From Basidiobolus meristosporus CBS 931.73 (Eukaryota > Fungi > Basidiobolomycota), in NCBI GenBank assembly GCA_002104905.1, contig MCFE01000229.1, positions 57,435 through 121,434 on the forward strand: a DNA stretch of 64,000 nucleotides. The letters run 5' to 3'. The notes under the pieces are model-generated. The model was not told where the DNA came from and searched no databases. It was given only the letters and a program-made list of their open reading frames with translations. A program made the position numbers and the translations under genes. Below are positions 26,301-39,880 of the stretch, piece after piece. How positions within the stretch are numbered: position 1 is the stretch's first letter; the number at the start of each line of letters is the position of its first letter.

Positions 26301-28188
26301 CATGAGGGAACAGGGTATTTTGTGAAGCTGAGGCAACACACAAAGGATATGGATTTATCGTTGCGGGGTGCTTTCTGTGCTCTGTAGATGTATCAGAGCA
26401 TGGTTATATATCGGGCTTCAGAAGACAATGACAGGGGCTAGTTATTTATTTGGATCTTGCTACCTATTGCTCACAATGCAGAGTGGTTGGTTGAAGATGA
26501 GCCAGGTCTTTTCCATCCAATAGACTGTGGAGCAAAATACCTGACAGTAGACCTGAAAATACAGTCAGGCATATTCTCTGACGGCTTGCTTGATGGCTTT
26601 AGTCGAATACGTTGTGGGTGTGCAGATATTGGGATATCCTAATTGGCAACCATCAATGTATAGCTGGTTACAATGGCAAGTATGTAATGGGGGCAGCACT
26701 TTTTTAAATTTCATATATACTCCCTATCTCAAATCAAGATGTTATCAATCATCTCAATGGCACTATTTATATTTGTGACTGTGCCACTCCCTCTAAAATT
26801 CTAGAAGAGCTTTCAAGCTCTAAACAAGCTTTCACCTTGGGGCAAAGGTATAGCGTTCAAAAGCCTAAGATGGATATGGAATGTGGAGGACTAACAGTCT
26901 ATATTGGTATATATATATGGTTACGATAGCCGTCAGATACTGAAACCCTGATGGTAATCTGCCGAATAGTAGGGGATGAGAACACATATAGGCCAAATTC
27001 GAGATCACACTTCATATTTGTAATTTAAAGACCCATCAACCGTCCCAGGTCATTCATGACGGAATCCACAGGGCGTAGGTTTCAAATGGTTCTTGATTAC
27101 CATGTCGCTTGATGGGTTACGGTAATTAAATGATCAACAAGTTGGGGGCTCGGGCTCATCGATAAGCGCCATCTGACACCCACTCAACACAACATCCCCT
27201 TGCAAACTGGTGGAGACCTGTCATAGCTCTGCACGATCCAAATCCAATGGCATAGAGTAGGCGTTATATCGTAGGAGTTGATCGGGCTGGCTAATGAGAC
27301 TGTATTTCCCACTTAAAATGATCATTAATGTCTCTAGATACTGGGACATCTGTTCTCTGCCTTGGAAGTCTGATAACACAACTGTGAGGACTGATGACCG
27401 TTCCCTGCACCAGATGCCGTGGTAGACGACAGTGTAGCATCATATGAATCATCAATGCAGCTTCTGCAATCTCCTCATCATCGTGTGATTGTCAGACATC
27501 ATTCCCTATGCCACTGGTGTGATCCACACTGTATTGACCGCAATTAATAAGAGGCTGGCGCATACGGCAATAGGACCGAGTTCAAACCCGTTTCCAGGAG
27601 AGAAACATGCATGGCAACTGTTACTAATTGACAACTGCAGATAATCCCAGGATTCTAACTTCAACATCAATTCAAATAGGATCCTGGATGAGTATTTCAT
27701 TCTTATTGTATACTTGGCCACAGCGAAGGACTCACTACACGCTCACGCAGTCTAAGCTATGCAATAAGCCTGAATACCGCCCAATGTGGCTTCATCATAG
27801 AACACCTCAACTACTACCCTATCGAGCCGCTGTATTACTTCACACAAGGTTTCATCTAAAACGAGGTCTTATTCCCTGGATTTCCTTTGCGGTGCTCTTC
27901 TTGGTTTCAGGCCTCAATTGCGACGGCTACATTAGCGGTGAAACTGGATTCTGGTGTAGGAGCAACCAGTGGCCAGGCAATTGCTGTCAGAGTTAAGGGT
28001 TTATTTTTGATAAAGGAAGTTATCTACAATGGGGAAGCTGAACGTGTTAAGAATGAGCATTGTTGGCAATTACCACGCTCTCGCTGAATACAGTGCTTTA
28101 AAGGCTCTAGATAGATAGGAGTGTACAGTGCTCAGGAAATTCCGCTCGTATACGAGTTTTTTACAGATTCGGTACATTAGTTGAGGGG

Positions 28189-28407
28189 TTAGACTTTACT
28201 GGCAACGCATTTCTCGCTCATCAGTCGGTCGGCGTATCGAGCAAATGAATGCTGCTTGCAAACTGTCAGGTTTGGGCAGGCATGGGTTTCTGGTAAACGA
28301 TGTAAACCGCAGTATTTATGCTCGCAATATCTACAAACGCCTATGATTCGAATGGCGCGACTAGAGCAGCTTGAGATGTCACACTTCTGAATCTTCTTGT
28401 GGTGCAT
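28189..28407 (-). CDS. AN1-type zinc-finger microprotein (Tmc1-like), 72 aa
   Basis: C-x4-C-x10-C-x2-C-x4-C-x2-H-x5-H-x-C intact. ATG 28407 aligns with the paralogue starts. TATA-like TATATAAAG at ~28517-28525 (minus). The upstream ATG 28497 would give 102 aa. Confidence 0.85.
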   Translation of the reverse strand: MHHKKIQKCDISSCSSRAIRIIGVCRYCEHKYCGLHRLPETHACPNLTVCKQHSFARYADRLMSEKCVASKV

Positions 28408-29148
28408 GAGTTGATTAAAGAACCGTTGTGAAGAGGAATTAAACAAATATTGACTTTTAGGTAAAATTCGAATAGATTGATCCGAAATTTCGTCCATGCC
28501 AGGGATCTAAACCCCCTTTATATAGCATCTGGACAGAGTAATTCCCTTTAATACCCGAATTGGAAAGCACAGTCCTGACACAATCTTAAACTCTCCGAAA
28601 CACTTCTCCCTAAAAGAAATCTTGGCTATATTCCGCCCACTAACCCACTTCCTCTCGTCATTCAATGTCGTTTAGAATCACAAATGAAATGAGTTGATCC
28701 GAATTGCACCCATGTGACGTTCAATAAGCAAGGTCACCGGTGAAATAATCAACAGCCCAGATAGTTACGGAGGGTTCAAACAATGGGCATTCTATTAGAT
28801 TGTGCGGTATCTGCCTAGTCAGTCTCTATAAGCTGCAACTTTGCACGATCACGATTCTCCGCACTACTAGCTACCTTTTGCTACTGAATCTCGCCTTGAG
28901 CGGGGCTCGTAATTCAGGTTCCACTCGCCAGAACGGCCCGAAGGGTGAGGAATCAGGGCTTCAGCATGAACCAGCTTACACTTGTGAAGATGCAAGGATA
29001 TTCCCGTTGAATTTGTTGTACACAATTTATTAAACCTACGAAAATTACAATTAATGGTACATTATTAACTAGAGTACAGGTGAAGTGTAGTCAGCTAATG
29101 GCGCAATATATGCAGCGAATGTGAAAATTGGTAAATTACAAGCCAAGG

Positions 29149-29760
<612 letters not shown>

Positions 29761-31384
29761 TTATGTTTTGAAGGACGCGTAATTTACTCAGATGATTGTA
29801 GTGTAATCAAATAGTAGCACTCACATGACTGTCACATAAGTCACCACTATTACTAATATACACCTCCTATGGCCAATTCAAACTGGTGCACTGCGATTTG
29901 TCTTATAACTGTAACATGGACTCTGAGAAATCCGTATCATAAGCAGTGGGCATCATCACTATCGGTGGATTGCGAATTGTGAATTGCGAATTGGAACCTG
30001 CAGCACCATTCGATCATTCAGTAATAATCTTTCACACTTGGGGTCCGCAGCGAGGAACTACGAAATATCATACATCACTATCGGTGGATTGGCTGTTTCA
30101 TGAAAAATATGGTTCATTCCGCCTGGAATTGCTGTTATTCATTCAATCTGTTTGGGATTTGACATTCTGAGCCATACACGTCTTTTATTTATCAAAACCA
30201 TTGTAGCGTCCCGAATGCCAATCCGAGAGGCCATCACTGCGCAGGTTCGTCGAGCATCCGAATCTCGTAAGGAATTGGCAATTCTCTGAATTTGGAATCT
30301 TGAAACTTGAGCCACGCTTCACAAAAATGCTTTCCTAAACCTAGTCCCACTTCTCTGGACCGCACAATGGAGCTTCGAGCCTATTGGGACTGGTGGTGCC
30401 AGACTGAAGTCACAAAGAAACCATTAACTTGTGATATTCCCAAACCGCTGACGTTAAGCAGCCACAAATTTGGCAGAACATTTTTGCCTCGGAAAAATAT
30501 CGCTAAATGATATTTACCGCCTGCTGATTGGTGCTTAATTTTAACCCTCAAACATTCTGCTTACTCACTATGACACATCTTCATTGGCCGTGACCACAGA
30601 ATTCTTCCGCTAGAATAAATAGAATACCCGACTCAATGGAATGAGCTCACAGAATATCTGGATATCCATACGATTATGGAACACGACTTACCTGGCAGAG
30701 ATCATGACGTATGTTTTTATGCATTCAATATGGTTTATTCAACTATTGTCCACACGGTAGCTTGCTAGGCCTCGCCTAATAAAACACTGATGCTCAGGCT
30801 GCATATGATTTGGTGCGAATGGTGGCCGGGTATGCCTGTCGCAACCAGCCAAGTCTTGTCTCATACGACCTTGCCTGTACGAATACTGGTATGCATAGTC
30901 TCAGAAGATCCAGATCCCCTCCGGTCCACAGCTTCCGCAAGGAATAATGGTCGGGTGTAGATGCATGAACAAACCTATTTACTCGGAACGCACAGCAAGG
31001 TGCTGATGTCAAGTCATTTCATGTGCGCATGCCATTCGATCCACGTCAATACCTCTCGTGCTGGAACTAATCGACACATACCGAAACCCAACAAACTTGA
31101 TTAAGTTCTTGATGTACAAATGAATAATGCGGAATGATTTAATTATAGTCTGAGATCGATGGAACCCATCCATCGAAATTCAATATCCGAACGGGATTTC
31201 TGGAAAAGATGAAAATCCCGAACTGGATGAAATGGATGGCAGCAAGGTGATATTTCGTCATTAACTTGGTCCTATATATACGTCTATCTGGCCGGTCAAT
31301 CTCTCTAAAAATAATCATCTAATATTTTCCTTCTTGGATCTCATATCGCATACATCTTCTTGACACATACCAATACCACACGCC

Positions 31385-31603
31385 ATGTCCGGAAAGCACT
31401 CTACTAGATGTACTGTCCCTAATTGTTCCAGCCGCGCTATCCGTATTGTCGGTGAATGCCGCTACTGCGAAAACAAATTCTGCGGGCAACACAGAATCCC
31501 CGAAACCCACGCTTGCCCAAACCTGATAACATGTAAACAGAACTCATTCAGAATTTACGCTGACCGCCTGCTTAGTGAAAAGTGCGTAGCCAGTAAGGTG
31601 TAA
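31385..31603 (+). CDS. AN1-type zinc-finger microprotein (Tmc1-like), 72 aa
   Basis: All zinc ligands intact; TATA (CTATATATA) at 31272-31280; ends EKCVASKV. Confidence 0.9.
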   Translation: MSGKHSTRCTVPNCSSRAIRIVGECRYCENKFCGQHRIPETHACPNLITCKQNSFRIYADRLLSEKCVASKV

Positions 31604-31920
31604 TTTTGACCGTAATCGCCATTGCAAGCCGTCGGTTTCCCTGCAGAATAATTCCATCCGACCTGAGATGTATTCAATTATAGAAACTCTATTCCCCTCT
31701 GGAACTTCCGTCGAAGACCAAGGAACTGTATTTTATTGGTATTATTGGCGGTATTACCTGTTTGCTCTTGAAAGATGTACCATGTTAGTCATTGTAATAA
31801 ATCTCTGTAATTAGCTTAAACACCGCAATGCACATTATTCTGAGTCCGTGAGACGGGGTCGAGACTGCTGTATTATATGCAATAAACCCAAGTCCAGGGC
31901 AGTATTGACCCGAAACCCAC

Positions 31921-32730
31921 TCATTCCCAAATGTGGTATAGTACAGTAACTTCCGGATAGCCATGAATCATATCCGCACGAAGTATCCATTTTTCAACCC
32001 AAAAGTCTGACGTTTCTGAAAAATCTATTGACTGCCTCACCGCTAATGTCGGGAAAACCTGAATCGGTCTAGTGAATCGGGAATGCAAGTCACTCCGCCA
32101 CTGGATATTGAGCAAGGTGGCTCCATCTCCTATTTGTCCTGTGTACAGAGCAGATACAAATTGGTCACTTGACATGACGTCGCGGTGATACAACTCGAGA
32201 CAGTCGGATGAATTCGAACCATATCGAGGTGATGGAAGGTGTACGTCATTTTCCTAAATAGGATCCCATTAATACTGCCGATCCAGAAAATTGTTAACGT
32301 AATAGTACGTATATATACATCGGCAACCGTTTTGATGAAGCAGGCGTATGAGTGAATCAATGTTGCAAACATTTATTTCGGCTGATGCTTTCCTTACCGA
32401 ATCGTAGCTATCTGAACAGTCGATCCTTTCATAGTATGGAGTGCTTCCTAAATCACAGAGATATTGATGGAAGGCGCATGCATGGCGCCCATTCCTTGGC
32501 ATGCGATTGGATGGGACTCCTTGACACACATCTGAGTAGGCAAGAGTGATAATTGCAGGCCAGCCATAATCTGCTTCCTTCATTATGAGAGATAGCCCCC
32601 AATTATGGCCTACCGATATGTAATCTTGATTCCTTAATAACTGGGCAATACGCAGCATGTGCCAAGCGATATGGCCCGCACTTGGGCAATCAATTGACTT
32701 GCTGGCTGGGAAGATTATAGATGATAATCA
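31921..32730 (-). pseudogene. Disrupted reading frame of unknown identity
   Basis: ORFs 32269..32658 and 31921..32193 share one frame and are separated by only two stops (TAA 32269-32271, TAG 32254-32256). Confidence 0.25.
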
Positions 32731-33654
32731 GTCATAAGGTATCATTCACCATCTAGCTCAGCATGGCAGTCGAATCATTCCTTGTATTAGATCATTCCAT
32801 CTGGATCGCGGTCATGTAGAGGCGACTCGTAGATTGGAATTTTATACTTAATGGAATCATGCTCTCGCAGCCTTGAGCGACGTACAAATGAATGCTTGCC
32901 ACTGTAACTTGATACCAGATCACTCATTTGGATGACGATTGCATTTGGGAATATGGTTTGGAGATCGTGCTGGAGTCATCGTAGTGTTCGATAAATCGAA
33001 TTTCTTGATAATGGCGTAATGCTGCAGCCATTCGTCTACAACTAAGGTATGAAGGAGCAGTTATTTTTACTGATCGAGTTTTCCTGCTTTGGCCCAAACA
33101 ATCAGGTTCTGTCGAGTCTTTGGTACATATTAGGCACCAGCAAAATGAGTGGGGGTTTGATCACAGGAGCAGACGGAATTAATGGAGTTGCCTGTCTCTG
33201 AGTCGGATACATGTTGCCCCGCATTAGTCACGGTTGGCTTTGATTAAGGAAAACACGTGTGCTCATTTTATCCACCACAAGTCAGAAGAGGCCATAGTAA
33301 CATGATGTTCAGCCAATCATGTCTCAGTCCACAAGCTTCACGCGATAGCTTTGAAGCTGCTCTTGACCGGCAGTGACTCCAAACGCATAGAAAACTGTTG
33401 GTTGTCTCCAGCTCAAGCTCTACCCAGTGATTGGCGAGATCTAGTAGGCCACGCTTCGATACGTGGGAGGGAAGTACCTCTCGGATGAGGCTTTAGGTTC
33501 CTTCGTTACTGGGTGTAAGAGCAAAAGGTATGCGGGGCAGTGGTTAGACCAATCAGGGAGACCCTGAAACCTGGTTGCAACTCCAGTCAGCCATTGGAAG
33601 GGAAGATTCCTTATAAACTGGCTTCAGTTGCCTCAACCTGCTCCTTGGTCTATA

Positions 33655-33780
33655 GGTACAACCTGGCCCGAATTGTGAAACAGTGACCTTGCCAGAAAAT
33701 GGGACGGTATCACGTGGCTCCATTGATGGCAAGGCTGATTGGAGATGAGTAAGTAGCGCCTGGTGGGGCTCATCAATCCC
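33655..33780 (-). pseudogene. Fragment resembling the N-terminus of ACAD10/11-type phosphotransferase (APH) domains
   Basis: IDEPHQALLTHLQSALP...FSGKVTVSQFGPG resembles the remembered IDExAL..L...V.QF..GQSNPTY motif. The downstream motifs were not found. Confidence 0.2.
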
Positions 33781-34837
33781 TCCGGAGTAAATGAGCAGAA
33801 GTTTCAGGGTGAAAATGACTCTGGATGTTCTGGCCATATCCCTAATGCAGCTACGAAACAGCGGGCTCCGCCGACACGAGTGTTCAACGGGGACAACGAT
33901 GCACCAAAGAGTCTCTCTGGCGATCGGTAGACCTGGCCAATGCATCAGTCCACGGCTTGATGAAGCATTTTCTTACCAAAGCGAATCAAACGAACGAGTC
34001 ACGACGACACACAGAGACTCATCTGCGCAAACTTACTCCCTCTGGGTGACACAGCCAATGCAGCTGGGAATATACCTCTGGGTGGCACCATCGATTCATC
34101 TCATAGATGGAAAATAGATTTCCGGATAATTTCCCAACCCTTGATGGATTGGTTGGCAAGGATAAATGTAGAATAAGGGATGTCCAACTAGAGAATGTGC
34201 CTTCCCATTCCTATCGAGTGGTTTTGGCACTGACAAATGTAATACTCTAATTTGAATATAGGTGCCATGCCTTTATTTGTCGAATCACCCACTTCGACAT
34301 GGTGTCATAGACCACGATTGTCCAAATTAGTGCCCAATGATGCCAGGAGACTCACCATTTGGGTTGTGGACTGTAATCGCCGGATTTGGTAGCCGTTTCT
34401 GACGCTGGAAAGTATCACCGTCGATTCCAAGACATCATACGGTGAGAACGTATGGTACGCTGCGGATTCCTGATGCCATGGAAGCAAGCACATTGGGGAA
34501 GAGAAGTATGCTCGGAACACTGAAATTCCACGGCTCGTAAACTTTTCTTTATTCTACGATTTTATTATCGGCCACAATGAAGTACAGGGGCAATGAGGGA
34601 AATCACAGAAATACCAGAACCTGAGTGTGAGCTGAATGAGGTCTATTCAAGCCTTTAATAGTAGTATTAATATACAATATTATATATAGTACAGAGGTTC
34701 GCGAGATTATACTGAATCTAATGCCATAGTTCTATTCGTAATAGCAATATACTGCTATTTAAGAGGCTTTGAATTGCGGGTTGGCACAAAGAGGGGGGAG
34801 GGTTGAAGCAAGCGTCGGTGTTGGGCGTGCGTAGACT

Positions 34838-35065
34838 TCACACTTTACTAGCAACACATTTTTCGCTGAGCAGGCGGTCCGCGTACGTCTTAAAGGAGTT
34901 TTGCTTACAGGTAGTGAGGTTAGGACAGGCATGGGTTTCAGGGAGTCGATGTTGGCCACAAAACTTGTGCTGACAATAGCGACAATCACCAACGATTCGA
35001 ACTGCGCGATTACAACATCCACTAGCGGTGCATTTGGCTACTTTCTTTCCTTGAATCTTTGCCAT
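34838..35065 (-). CDS. AN1-type zinc-finger microprotein (Tmc1-like), 75 aa
   Basis: All zinc ligands intact; TATAAATA at ~35166-35173 on the minus strand; ends EKCVASKV. Confidence 0.9.
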   Translation of the reverse strand: MAKIQGKKVAKCTASGCCNRAVRIVGDCRYCQHKFCGQHRLPETHACPNLTTCKQNSFKTYADRLLSEKCVASKV

Positions 35066-35847
35066 GGTCGATAGAAAGGAAGATGAGGAAGGTGTTGCTA
35101 GTGAGGGATGGAGGAGAAAGGGGGGAAGAGAAGTGTTTAAACGGCGTGCGGAGGAAGAGGAGATGCTATTTATAGTTTAGAGAGGTGTTCGGGAGAATAC
35201 GAAATACGTTTCTTTCTGGAAAATCTATATTTCTGAATCACGATTATTAGTCCAATTGGTATTCGCCCGATAATTAAACTAGCTTTACACAGTGAAATAA
35301 GTCCTGGCCTTGTGATACCAAAATTAAGAATCAGAATCAGGCAAATGTATGATCATTTAATGTGTACTAAAGAAGACAATGGTATATTAAATACGTAGTG
35401 AAGTCACTATTTCCTACGATTTTGACTTGACACTGGCAGAAATGTATTGGAGGCTTTACTATCATATCATATATATCTACATTGCTGATATTTCACAAGA
35501 TTGTTCTGATTTAGAGTCCTCTTAAACCGTAAGCTAGCTTATTGGCCAACACATATATATATCTATATAGCTTGATTTGAGAAGCCACGATCAGGCTTTA
35601 TCTAGTAATAATTACCAGAACTTCGAGAAACCCCCTTCCTTGGCTCTTTATAGCTGATATCTACTCAGTTGATGTACTCCTGTGCTTGCATTTTGATTAT
35701 TGCGGAGGCTATTCATCAGGCATGCAGCCCAACCTCTACTGTGGCGGAGCAGAGAGGATGTTGAAGGATTGGCCGAGTTCCGGAGGCAGGGAATGGCAAT
35801 GAGAACGAGAGCAACGACAGGGATGGAAGCGGTGGTGGAAGTGGGAA

Positions 35848-35882
35848 TGTGGGTGGGGATGGGGATGGGGATGGGAATGGAT
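35848..35882. repeat. Low-complexity (GGGATG/GGGAAT) hexamer run
   Basis: gtgggaatgtgggtggggatggggatggggatgggaatgg. Confidence 0.6.
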
Positions 35883-36791
35883 TGCATGATATTGAGTGAA
35901 GGTACTCGGGAGAGAGCTCAGTTGTGGGTACCTCTGGTTGGGCACATTCCCGTTTCAAATGTCTACATCAATTTAATCATGTTCGTAGCCAAGAATCGAG
36001 TATGCATCTCATTGGCCATATCGCCCATTGTTCAACCAAAGACTTCTGATTACTTCCTTCAATATATTGATGCATGCTTCTCATACATTGGGAATTCATG
36101 TTGATTCCTGATTTGCATCGCCAGTTTGCAGGGGCATTCGTATCATGAATTCTAGTGCTGCTGATAGTTCATGGGATCTGCAAGATCCGGGCCCAATTTG
36201 GAGTGCAGGGCATTCTGGTAAATATCAGAAATAGTGGCTTCATTGATATATACCATCAGGAGACCCTTAATTAAAGGAGTGGTCGAAGGGGCAAGCTGAT
36301 TTGTGCAAAAAAACCGACATGAAAAAAAAGAGAACGCGGGAGCAATGAATCGGTCTTAGCCTGGTTGAGTAGGATAGCCCGTTTAATAAGAAACACCTAA
36401 ATTGCTTGTATCCAAAGATTCCTACAAATACTTATCCTTTTATTTACTACTTCACCTTTGAGGTAGGTTCGCTTGTTATTCGTGTTTGTGTACTTTCGCT
36501 CCCTTGCAAGGCACTAACTCTTATCTCCAGATTGCAAGACATAGTTATCCTTGTTGGTGTCCTTTACTTCGTCCGTTTCATCTGACCTCAAACCAACCAT
36601 CCTCAACACCTCACCCTCCTAACCATCAGTCTCTTTAGTGGTACAGTCATTTCCTTCCCGCACCTTCTCAGATATTCCTTTCCCCCACTCAATCCCTTCT
36701 ATTTTCGAAACCCTTGACCCACCAATGTTTACTTTAGGCTCCAGTGTTCTCACCTCCTCTATCGTCTACCACGAAACAACCCATTCATAAT

Positions 36792-38031
36792 ATGCCTAGC
36801 GATCCCGAACCCTCTCCCGATCGTAAACGCCATCTCTCTGAGGACGAATCGAATTCCGATTCAGGCTCACATCATACCAATAGTAAAAGAGCTGCTGTCA
36901 GTGCGGAAGATGAAAACCGCCCTAGAAAGGAATCCCGAAGGGAGAGATCCCCAGCTGAGAAAAGAAGCAGAAGAGATCGTTCCGAGGAGCGTGGTCGCTC
37001 CCCTGATAGAAGAAGCGATCGTAGCGAGGGAACTAATGAAGAAGGCACAAAAAACGGAAATCCTGGAGCCCCTCCTTCGATGTCATTGCGCTCTATTGTT
37101 CTGGTCAAAGAAGCAGGCGTCATCATTGGTAAAGGAGGCGGCTCTGTCAAAGAGATCCGAGAGCGTGCCTGTGCTCGTATAAACATCTCTGAACAGGTGC
37201 CGGGGGTACCTGATAGAGTTCTTACTGTATCTGGGCCTATTGATACTATTGCAAAGGTAACTGTTTCTGCAACCAGTCGGACTTTCCCTGTTTCCTAATA
37301 TGTGTCTCTAGGCCTATTCACTCATTGCCCAAAAGCTGATCGATGATTCGAATGATTCTTCACAATCATCTGCTCCCCATGGAGCCACAATTCGTTTGCT
37401 GGTTCCCCATACACGCATGGGCTCGGTCATCGGCAAGGGTGGCTCCAAAATCAAAGAGATCCAAGAAGCATCCGGGGCGAAGCTGAATGCTTCAGAGGAG
37501 ATACTCCCCAACTCCACGGAGCGAACCATCACTGTCAATGGAGTCCCCGACGCCGTACATATTGCGGTATACCACATCTCCCAGATCCTCCAAGAATACA
37601 TGGAACGACCACTTCCAAACCACATTCCTTATCGACCACAACCAAGATTCCCATTCATGTACGGACCAATGCCTGGCATGGGCCCTCCTCAGCCATTCTA
37701 CGGTAATCCTGGTTCTCATGGGGGGTACCCACCTATGCCCCCCATGGGCAGAGAGATGGGCAACAGTCCACATGGGCAACCCGGCCCTGGATCTCAGTCC
37801 CAGCAGATATTTATTCCCAATGATATGGTTGGCTGTATTATTGGCAAAGGGGGAAGTAAAATTAACGAAATCCGCCACATGTCTGGCTCACATATTAAGA
37901 TTGCTGAGGCTCAAGGAAATACCAACGAGAGATTGGTCACTATCACTGGCACTCCAGAATCAAACCAAATGGCCCTGTATCTATTGTACAATCGATTGGA
38001 GTCAGAAAAAGGAAGAATGAGCGGCTGGTAG
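36792..38031 (+). CDS. Triple-KH-domain RNA-binding protein (hnRNP K/PCBP, Pbp2/Rnc1-like), ~394 aa
   Basis: Exon 36792-37256, 55-nt GT..AG intron 37257-37311, exon 37312-38031. Three GxxG loops (IIGKGGGSV, VIGKGGSKI, IIGKGGSKI) and an Arg/Ser/Glu-rich N-terminus. Confidence 0.95.
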
Positions 38032-39880
38032 ATGCAAGTGCATACAAGGAATGCATCGCCTCCATCGCAACCACTGTGGTTGTGTGTATGCACTCTCCTC
38101 GTCCAATCATAGCTGAAAACAAAATTCCAAAAATCCATCCACATCGCCCATTCCAGTCGATCTTCTGTAGAGTCATTGATTCACTGAGCGTACTCCATTC
38201 AGGCATTTTGCAAGCTCCTCTTGCTGCTCGTCAATTCGTGCCAAGCCATCACGACTGGTAGATCATATGAAAGTCTTATCAATTAACTCTGTAGCAGTTG
38301 CTCTCGGTTTCCTTAGTTCGAAATAAATCACGCTATCTGAAATAAGACCAGCGACCACTTGACTGGTCAACTGAGGCTCTTCAAAGCTACTGAGACCTCC
38401 TTATGTATTGGACAAAGCATCTGGATCATGGGATTGAGATCATTGTGAAGGCGCATACGCACATTGTAGAACATTCAATTTAGGCACTGCTCTATCACCA
38501 CCCCCGCGTACAGTGTCATGCAATCAGGAAAGTGGTACGCTCCAATTCTCATCAATCTACTCTGGGCAGAGCTGAGCCCACCCTGGCCTCATCGGCCTGG
38601 TGGAATGGCATGAAAGTGTCTTGACTCCCTAGTACACCAGGTGCATCTTTAATATTGTCAAATCTGGCTGAGAAACAAGTAGAGAGCCGGGAAGGGAACC
38701 TGACGAATTCAATATATAGCGACATTGACCCATGTCAACCGGTTGGGGTTGCATGACTCTAGCCAGCCTGTATTCCGCATGTGAGGCTGGAGATGGTGGG
38801 AGCTTTCCACTGTTCGCAGCGAAATGACGATCCACTACCGGATTGAATCTCGTTCACTATACAAGGATCTTTAAAGGCCTATTGATTGACGTGTTCACCA
38901 CGTTTAACCTCCGGCTTGGCCAATTGGATCCATCAACATCAAATGCGGCACCCGCCGTAGCCATATAGATGCTGACTGGGGAGTATTGGATTGGGTACAT
39001 ATGCGTAATTGGGTATTTTGCGAACTTGCAGTAATTCACTAATTTGAGTTTGTCCCATAGCAGGTTCTCCCAGCCAGAATTGTAGGCATTAGTCCCATGT
39101 CACATGTGTTGTATCTGGGAGAGCCTTTCTACGTCCAGTGCACTTCTAGTTAGACCTGCTTCCATTAATCAATCACACGAGCCTGCTTAGGAGATGCTGG
39201 CACGCTAATTGTATTAACCGAGCTGGCAGAAAATGATTTTTTGTGCCGGCGTCCAAAGTTGGTATCAATCCACGAGTTTCAAACTTGGGCAACCACCACG
39301 TAGATCAACCTAGTTAAATTGCCTTTCTCTTACTGATTACTCATGATCCAATTGAGTTGCCAAATTGCGAAGGAATCCACTATCACTGGGTCGGTTGACC
39401 TGAAAGTGGATTCGTTGTAAATTAGCGACATCGAAGCTTGTTTAATAGGTGGCTAATATCATTGCAAATTGTAATGAAATCAACTTATTCGGTAGTCAGC
39501 AAGTTGACTGCCTTAAAGTAGCCAACTTTGGATTGCCAAATAGTATTTCTCATGGAGGCTCGGACCACTAAGATTCAGTAATCAGTGTTCGAACCGTCAC
39601 ATTCGGACCTTTTCGCTACTCAATTTGCTTTCTCATCACCCACAGGTTTGAATACCTTATATACTACCTCTTCTACCTGGACTTTTCATTGATTTTACAG
39701 ATATATTGACCAACCTTTGAGTCGCTATACCTTCTCCACTCTATTAGTAAACTTCTTGCAATCCGTTTTGATCATATCAAGTGCATAGTCCACCCCAACA
39801 GAATCTAAATTAGGGATCAGCGACTTCTTCGCACCACAGGCTTCAATCACAAGCAACTATTAATTCAACCTTTGCTTTCT

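Noticed and set aside
26457-26642. NAEWLVED resembling the glutamic peptidase G1 motif
   Set aside because: A stop lies just upstream, no other G1 motifs are present, and the match is too short.
28408-28497. 30-aa N-terminal extension of the first AN1 gene as a decayed ubiquitin
   Set aside because: It shows no similarity to ubiquitin and lies right after the TATA box, so it is probably 5' UTR.
35648-35958. His/Pro-rich short ORFs
   Set aside because: They arise from a hexamer low-complexity run, and all frames are closed by stops upstream.
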